A stretch of 64,000 nt of DNA from Ignavibacteriota bacterium (lineage in GTDB: Bacteria > Bacteroidota > Ignavibacteria > UBA10030 > UBA6906). Of this stretch, positions 59,382 through 64,000 are shown piece by piece (within the stretch, counting starts at the first letter, position 1; each line of letters starts with the position of its first letter). Below the pieces are notes generated by a model that worked only from the letters and a program-made list of their open reading frames with translations, was not told the origin of the DNA and did no database searches. The DNA is taken from assembly GCA_963801355.1 (NCBI GenBank), contig CAWDEM010000008.1, positions 1,824,001-1,888,000 on the forward strand, given 5' to 3'. The translations under genes and the position numbers were made by a program.

Positions 59382-61769
59382 TCACTTGGGCCTGGAGTTG
59401 GACTGACCAGGCCCCTGAGTTGACGCCAATGTTGAGTTCGTTTTTGTCTCTACCCAGAACTTGGTGCGGTGCTGCAGGACGAAAGCGTCGCCGGTGACTT
59501 CGAATCCTCCAGACAACCGGATATCATCCGATGAGCTTCCGATCATCACTGTAGAGTATCCCGGCTCCACCACGAGGTTCATATCCTTGTCGTAGAACGC
59601 GAGGAGCTCCGTTGGCAGCCTGAACTCGACATGTTGCTTTTCGCCGGGGAGCAGATGAACGCGCAGAAATCCCCTCAGCTCTTTGACTGGCCGCGTCACG
59701 CTGGCAACAGCATCAGATGTATAGAATTGAACCACTTCGTCAGCCGGAACATTGCCGACGTTGGACACTATACAGCCGATCGCAACAGCTCCTGGTGCAG
59801 CAAGGTGCCCGGGAGAAATAGTCAGGCCCGTATACTCGAATTGTGAGTAGCTCAGGCCGAAGCCAAAGGGGAACATCGGTTTACAAGGAGCATCGGTATA
59901 GTCGTGCCAGAGATGCGATTTGCCGGCCGACGGCTTATGCGCATAGAATACAGGCACCTGACCCACATGTGCCGGAAACGTCACGGGCAGCTTTCCCCCG
60001 GGGGAGACTGCGCCAAACAGGATGTCTGCGATGGCATTGCCTCCCTCCTCGCCTGGCTTCCACGCTTCTACCAAGGCCTGGACTTTCGGAACGATTCGTT
60101 CCAGCACAAGCGGCCTACCATCAACCACGACAACGACCATCGGAGTGCCTGTCTCCGCCACGGCAAGGATGAGGTCTTCCTGGACACCGGGCAGCAGCAG
60201 CGTGGCGCTGTCCCGTTCTTCCCCAGCCGTACAGTCCTTTATGAATCCAGATTTGCCACCCACGACGGCGATCACAACGTCTGCCTCCCGGGCCGCCTGG
60301 ATCGCTTCGGTAAATCCGGACTTATCCGATCCTACGACAGAGCAGCCCTTAGCGTAGATTACGCGCGAAGTGGGTGCGACCTGTGCTCTAATACCTTCGA
60401 GAACCGTTACGACGGAAACGCTCGGGTTCGGCAAGCCTGCGAGTGATTCGAGCGGGAGATGCTCGTCGAATAGCTTGCGATGTTCAACAATCGATGAATA
60501 GCTGTAGTCGCCGATAAGCGCACGCCAGCTGTCACCTGACGGGCCGACGACAGCAATTGTGCCGGCGTCGTTGCGCAGCGGCAGGAAACCTTCTTCATTC
60601 TTCAGCAAAACGATGGACTCACGCGCAACTTCCCGCGCAGTTCTGCGATACACGGGCGCATCAAAACTCTCAAGAGTGATGGAATCACCTGGGAACGGAT
60701 TCTCAAAGAGACCAAGCTGCAATTTCATCCGAAGCACACGTGACACGGCCCGATCCAGGACCATTACGGGGACGTTGCCGCGGTCAATCATTGCACGCAG
60801 TTCTTGATTGAAGCAATCGGACAACGGAAGCTCAATATCGATCCCAGCTTCGAGTGAAAGCGCTCCGGCTTCAGCCAGAGATGCGACGACACAGTGATAC
60901 TCTTTGAGCATTTTAATGGCTTCATAATCCGAAGCGACGACTCCCTCGAAGCCCCACTCATCTCTCAGGACTGCCGTCAGAAGTTGATACGAGGCCGCGC
61001 ATGGGATTCCATCGATCTCATGGTAGCCATTCATGACCGACATAATTTGCGCAATGCGGACTGCTGCCTCGAAGGGGTACAGATAGACTTCGCGAAGTTC
61101 ACGCTCAGGTATGCGGGCAGGCGACCAATTCAGTCCGCTTTGCGGGAGTCCATACCCCACAAAGTGCTTGGCTGTTGCCGCCACCCGCCGCTCACCGGGT
61201 TTGCCCTGGAGTCCTCGGATGTAGGCGCAGCCGAGAACCGAGATAAGGCACGGATCTTCCCCATACGTCTCTTCTACCCTTCCCCATCTTGGATCCCGGG
61301 CGATGTCAAGAACCGGAGCCAGGGCCTGACCAATTCCATTCATTGCCAGCTGATCATGCAGGATGGACGCCATCTTCTCGACCAATGTGGGATTCCATGT
61401 AGATGCGACGCCAATAATCTGCGGGAAGATCGTGGCGTCCCTCGTCTGGTACCCCATCAGGCACTCTTCGTGCATAATCGCCGGAATTCCAAGACGCGTG
61501 TTTTCCAGCAGGAATCTCTGTGCCTCGCGCACAAAGGTCGCAACCTGAGGCGGATGGAGATCTGTACTGCCTCCAGGTCGCGTGATATGTCCAATCCCAT
61601 TGTTCAGTAGTCGTTCCGCCTTGTCGCGGGAGAATCGCTCAACGTTCTCCATCACAAGATGGCACCACACCGAGCGAATCTGAGCCATCTTCTCATCGAG
61701 TGTCATGCGTCGAAGAAGATCAGCGACGCGGTCATCGATGGTTTTCGAAGAGTCCTTGTAAGGGTCCAT
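59382..61769 (-). CDS. Cytoplasmic GH3 beta-xylosidase/glucosidase
   Basis: No signal peptide. TRLGIP...HEECLMG, RDPRWGRVEETYGEDP, KHFVGY, ASDY, PFGFGLSY. Confidence 0.93.
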   Translation of the reverse strand: MDPYKDSSKTIDDRVADLLRRMTLDEKMAQIRSVWCHLVMENVERFSRDKAERLLNNGIGHITRPGGSTDLHPPQVATFVREAQRFLLENTRLGIPAIMHEECLMGYQTRDATIFPQIIGVASTWNPTLVEKMASILHDQLAMNGIGQALAPVLDIARDPRWGRVEETYGEDPCLISVLGCAYIRGLQGKPGERRVAATAKHFVGYGLPQSGLNWSPARIPERELREVYLYPFEAAVRIAQIMSVMNGYHEIDGIPCAASYQLLTAVLRDEWGFEGVVASDYEAIKMLKEYHCVVASLAEAGALSLEAGIDIELPLSDCFNQELRAMIDRGNVPVMVLDRAVSRVLRMKLQLGLFENPFPGDSITLESFDAPVYRRTAREVARESIVLLKNEEGFLPLRNDAGTIAVVGPSGDSWRALIGDYSYSSIVEHRKLFDEHLPLESLAGLPNPSVSVVTVLEGIRAQVAPTSRVIYAKGCSVVGSDKSGFTEAIQAAREADVVIAVVGGKSGFIKDCTAGEERDSATLLLPGVQEDLILAVAETGTPMVVVVVDGRPLVLERIVPKVQALVEAWKPGEEGGNAIADILFGAVSPGGKLPVTFPAHVGQVPVFYAHKPSAGKSHLWHDYTDAPCKPMFPFGFGLSYSQFEYTGLTISPGHLAAPGAVAIGCIVSNVGNVPADEVVQFYTSDAVASVTRPVKELRGFLRVHLLPGEKQHVEFRLPTELLAFYDKDMNLVVEPGYSTVMIGSSSDDIRLSGGFEVTGDAFVLQHRTKFWVETKTNSTLASTQGPGQSNSRPK

Positions 61770-61912
61770 TTGAGTTGCAGAGATTCTTTTGCTATCTATG
61801 TAAGATTGTGGATTCGTATTCGCCGCTACCTACATCAACAACCGTTGAGCTACGATCCCTCTCCGACTGTATTCCTTCCCATCAACGTGCTTTCGTTTTG
61901 AAGGCGTCAGTG

Positions 61913-61944
61913 CAAAGTTAATCAATTTGTTCAATGAGTCGCAA
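61913..61944 (-). promoter_or_regulatory. Bacteroidota-style -33/-7 promoter
   Basis: Minus strand TTGC-20 bp-TAACTTTG (TAnnTTTG consensus), ~145 bp upstream of GH3. Confidence 0.55.
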
Positions 61945-62069
61945 GCCATCAAGATATGCTCCTTTCCTCCGCGTCATCCAGGTCGCAATAGCCAATAATC
62001 CATTGAGGAATCCGAGAGTGAGTGCAAATCAGCACAACTACATGGTCATCACTGGTGGTCATCAATAGC

Positions 62070-62205
62070 GAATGATCCACGTGGCATTGGCTGCGGACGG
62101 GATATTAACGAGGAGCGTTTCCGGCTTAACCAGTGTCAGCCGGTGTTTGATGTCAGCTGCCCTGTTCAGGACAACGAAAAACAACTTGTCGTATATGTTG
62201 AAGAG
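62070..62205 (-). mobile_element. Possible remnant of an IS481/integrase-core type transposase
   Basis: FNIYDKLFFVVLNRAADIKHRLTLVKPETLL recalls the (I/L)VKPET(V/L)L motif of such transposases. Confidence 0.35.
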
Positions 62206-62285
62206 AGAATAGTCCTTTTTGACCGGAAGGCATGAAAGAAGATACAGATCAAGGTGCCGAGGTCCCCCCTATGCGGTCTGAGATG

Positions 62286-63152
62286 TCACACCACCGCCTG
62301 TTTCACGGCCCCGCTGCTGTCTGCCGTACGCGTCACCTTGGCAATATCGATGCTCTTGTAGAGTATGATGATCTGCAGGAGCTCCGCCGGCATCAGCACG
62401 AAGAATCCGATGAACGATAACACCACTGTCAGAAACAGACAGCCCGCAATGATCTCGAACAGACCGGCGTATCCGGCGATGCTACCGACGACCGGGCGAA
62501 GTCGCCGAAGTGCAACTCCATACACGATCATGATGCCACCGTAGGTGAACGCCTCCGCCCCCAGGATGAATGCGTCTTCCGTCGGTCCGTTGAACGCCGA
62601 CGCAATATCGTATGCGATGACTACGACATTCCCAATGATCAGCACAAAGGAAGTGATCCTCAGCAGATAGTTCGCAGAGAGCCCTCCCAGTGCGACAAAT
62701 CCTCGTTGGAAGAGAACAAATGCGACCAACACCGCGACTTTCATCACGACATAGTACGCCTCGCCGACGATCAATCTGCCTTCCTGGAGTCTGATGACAT
62801 CGGCCGCCCCCTCAAACAAGCCCAGCATGAAATAGAGAATCCCTGAGATCCAGGCAATGGTGATCTGGTTGTAGAGGAGGTCGGTATTATCTGTTTCGAG
62901 CAGGAGGAGTTTTCGTAGTGGATTCGCCGGCACACGAGCGCCGGTGTCTTCGTTCTCTGCGATCGTACTGAGATCGTAGTCCAGGGCAGCGAGGATCGTT
63001 CTGATGGTGAAAACCCTTGGGGTCACCTCTCCCGTTTCGATCCTCTGGAGTGTCCTGACGCTGATGTTGCATTTCTCGACTAGTTCCTCCTGCGTCAGCC
63101 CTTTTCCTTTCCGCAGTTCGAGGATTTTCTTCCCCAATTCCGGCTGTCTCAT
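62286..63152 (-). CDS. XRE-family HTH regulator fused to a multi-pass membrane domain
   Basis: LGKKILELRKGKGLTQEELVEKCNISVRTLQRIETGEVTPR followed by about six hydrophobic helices. Confidence 0.88.
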   Translation of the reverse strand: MRQPELGKKILELRKGKGLTQEELVEKCNISVRTLQRIETGEVTPRVFTIRTILAALDYDLSTIAENEDTGARVPANPLRKLLLLETDNTDLLYNQITIAWISGILYFMLGLFEGAADVIRLQEGRLIVGEAYYVVMKVAVLVAFVLFQRGFVALGGLSANYLLRITSFVLIIGNVVVIAYDIASAFNGPTEDAFILGAEAFTYGGIMIVYGVALRRLRPVVGSIAGYAGLFEIIAGCLFLTVVLSFIGFFVLMPAELLQIIILYKSIDIAKVTRTADSSGAVKQAVV

Positions 63153-63206
63153 GAACGGTCCCTTCCTGGAGTTGCCCGCAAAGTAGCTTCCCGGAAGGCC
63201 TTTGTC

Positions 63207-63252
63207 CATCACTTTGTCCCGGATTTTGCCCGTCATTTGCACGTCATTTCGC
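63207..63252. promoter_or_regulatory. 11-bp-period direct repeats upstream of the XRE gene
   Basis: cggattttgcc-cgtcatttgca-cgtcatttcgc, plus a weaker upstream copy. Confidence 0.45.
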
Positions 63253-63374
63253 GTGACCACACAAAAGCCTCTGCCGGCGTTCGCCAACAGAGGCTTCTGG
63301 TCTCAGTACAATTGCTCACCCTCGCATCGGAGTCCCTGCTGTAAGCAGCGAGGCCCTATGATTCGGCTTCCTGC

Positions 63375-63403
63375 AATATGGGATTCCCCACAGGGATAGT
63401 CAA
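63375..63403 (-). promoter_or_regulatory. Sigma70-type promoter (module copy 3)
   Basis: TTGACT-17 bp-CATATT, followed on the plus strand by TGACATCAGGAAG as at 36918. Confidence 0.55.
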
Positions 63404-63536
63404 GCTGGGGAATGCAATGACATCAGGAAGGCTCTGGAACGACATATCGGCCGAGAATGGAGACGCCCAAGCTCATCGCTTGGGCGCCCGTGCATCTGTT
63501 AACCTAACGAAGACTATTTGAGTCTTCGTATACCTC

Positions 63537-63562
63537 GCTCCGCGAGCAGGACTCGAACTAAC
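63537..63562 (-). mobile_element. tRNA 3'-end fragment, att core copy B
   Basis: GCTCCGCGAGCAGGACTCGAACTAAC, identical to 38015-38040. Confidence 0.82.
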
Positions 63563-63639
63563 ACAAAACTCAAAATATGGAGAAATTCGGCACTGTTTGC
63601 GTCTCAGAGTTCTCCTTATGAACGGTTTTCACATCTCAA

Positions 63640-63659
63640 GGGTACAGTTACGGTACAGT
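63640..63659 (+). repeat. Paired direct repeat resembling integrase arm-type sites
   Basis: GGTACAGT-TAC-GGTACAGT, 11-bp period. Confidence 0.6.
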
Positions 63660-63732
63660 GATGAATCGCAGCCCCAGAGAATTCCCGAGACGAAAGAAGA
63701 TTGACACAAACAAGAGACCGCTCCACACATGA

Positions 63733-63838
63733 GGCGGCTGTCACGGTTGTTGGCAAACAAATGGCGCGCCAGCTGAAAAACAGCTGTCACGCCATTTCCA
63801 AAAACCGTTCCGTTTCACCTCATTGCGTGACAGCCGCC
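63733..63838. repeat. 13-bp perfect inverted repeat with an internal partial copy
   Basis: GGCGGCTGTCACG (63733-63745) and CGTGACAGCCGCC (63826-63838), with GCTGTCACG at 63783. Confidence 0.65.
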
Positions 63839-64000
63839 GTGGCTCCCTCCGCGCCCGCGGCATCGTGCGTCCGCAGTGGAACTTAATAGCCCTGATACTG
63901 CATCCGCACCATACCGCTTTGCCAAAGCATGCAGAGCAATAACGCCTTCCCCTCGCTTCACTCGCAAAGTGCGCTCGTTCGCTCGGCGTCGGCGTAATTG

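Noticed and set aside
152-61610. Many long plus-strand ORFs (e.g. 2973-4262, 5066-6088, 22291-23277, 52354-53622)
   Set aside because: They are antisense shadows of well-supported minus-strand genes and have no recognisable motifs.
63618-63632. LacI-like palindrome ATGAACGGTTTTCAC
   Set aside because: Imperfect, not positioned at a promoter of a visible gene, and could be chance.
1-64000. CRISPR array, rRNA, intact integrase or transposase
   Set aside because: No regularly spaced repeats, rRNA-like sequence or catalytic recombinase/transposase ORF was seen.

Overview
Bacterial genomic window (probably Ignavibacteria / Bacteroidota-Chlorobiota relative, inferred from NxPNPFNPST secretion tails, a SusD-less TonB locus and kinase-TolB-TPR genes). 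Nearly every real gene is on the minus strand. It holds two paralogous hemicellulose (xylan/xyloglucan-type) CAZyme clusters. The left cluster (1-33663) has GH3, GH27, GH51, DUF362, GH43-CBM6, GH95, a membrane spermidine-synthase-like protein, GH10, GH9, PPIase, a T9SS-tailed protein, a TonB-dependent receptor, a damaged GH115 and GH2. The right cluster (38267-63152) has a truncated esterase, GH29, two GH31, GH2, an unknown protein fused to a SecDF-head-like domain, two GH3, GH43-CBM6, GH95 and an XRE membrane regulator. Between them lies a ~4.5 kb recombination hinge with a Ser/Thr kinase, kinase stubs, a nucleotidyltransferase pair and recombinase-associated remnants. The main non-coding signal is an identical 26-bp tRNA-3'-end fragment at 38015 and 63537 (degenerate third copy at 33954). 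The two identical copies are followed by homologous arm-like repeats, and hairpin and promoter modules recur nearby. They bracket an integrase-free ~25.5 kb CAZyme island. Intergenic spaces carry many deletion scars, including in-frame chimeras and multi-gene mosaics. No intact tRNA, rRNA, CRISPR array or intact integrase was seen. All family calls come from motif recognition by eye, not database searches.
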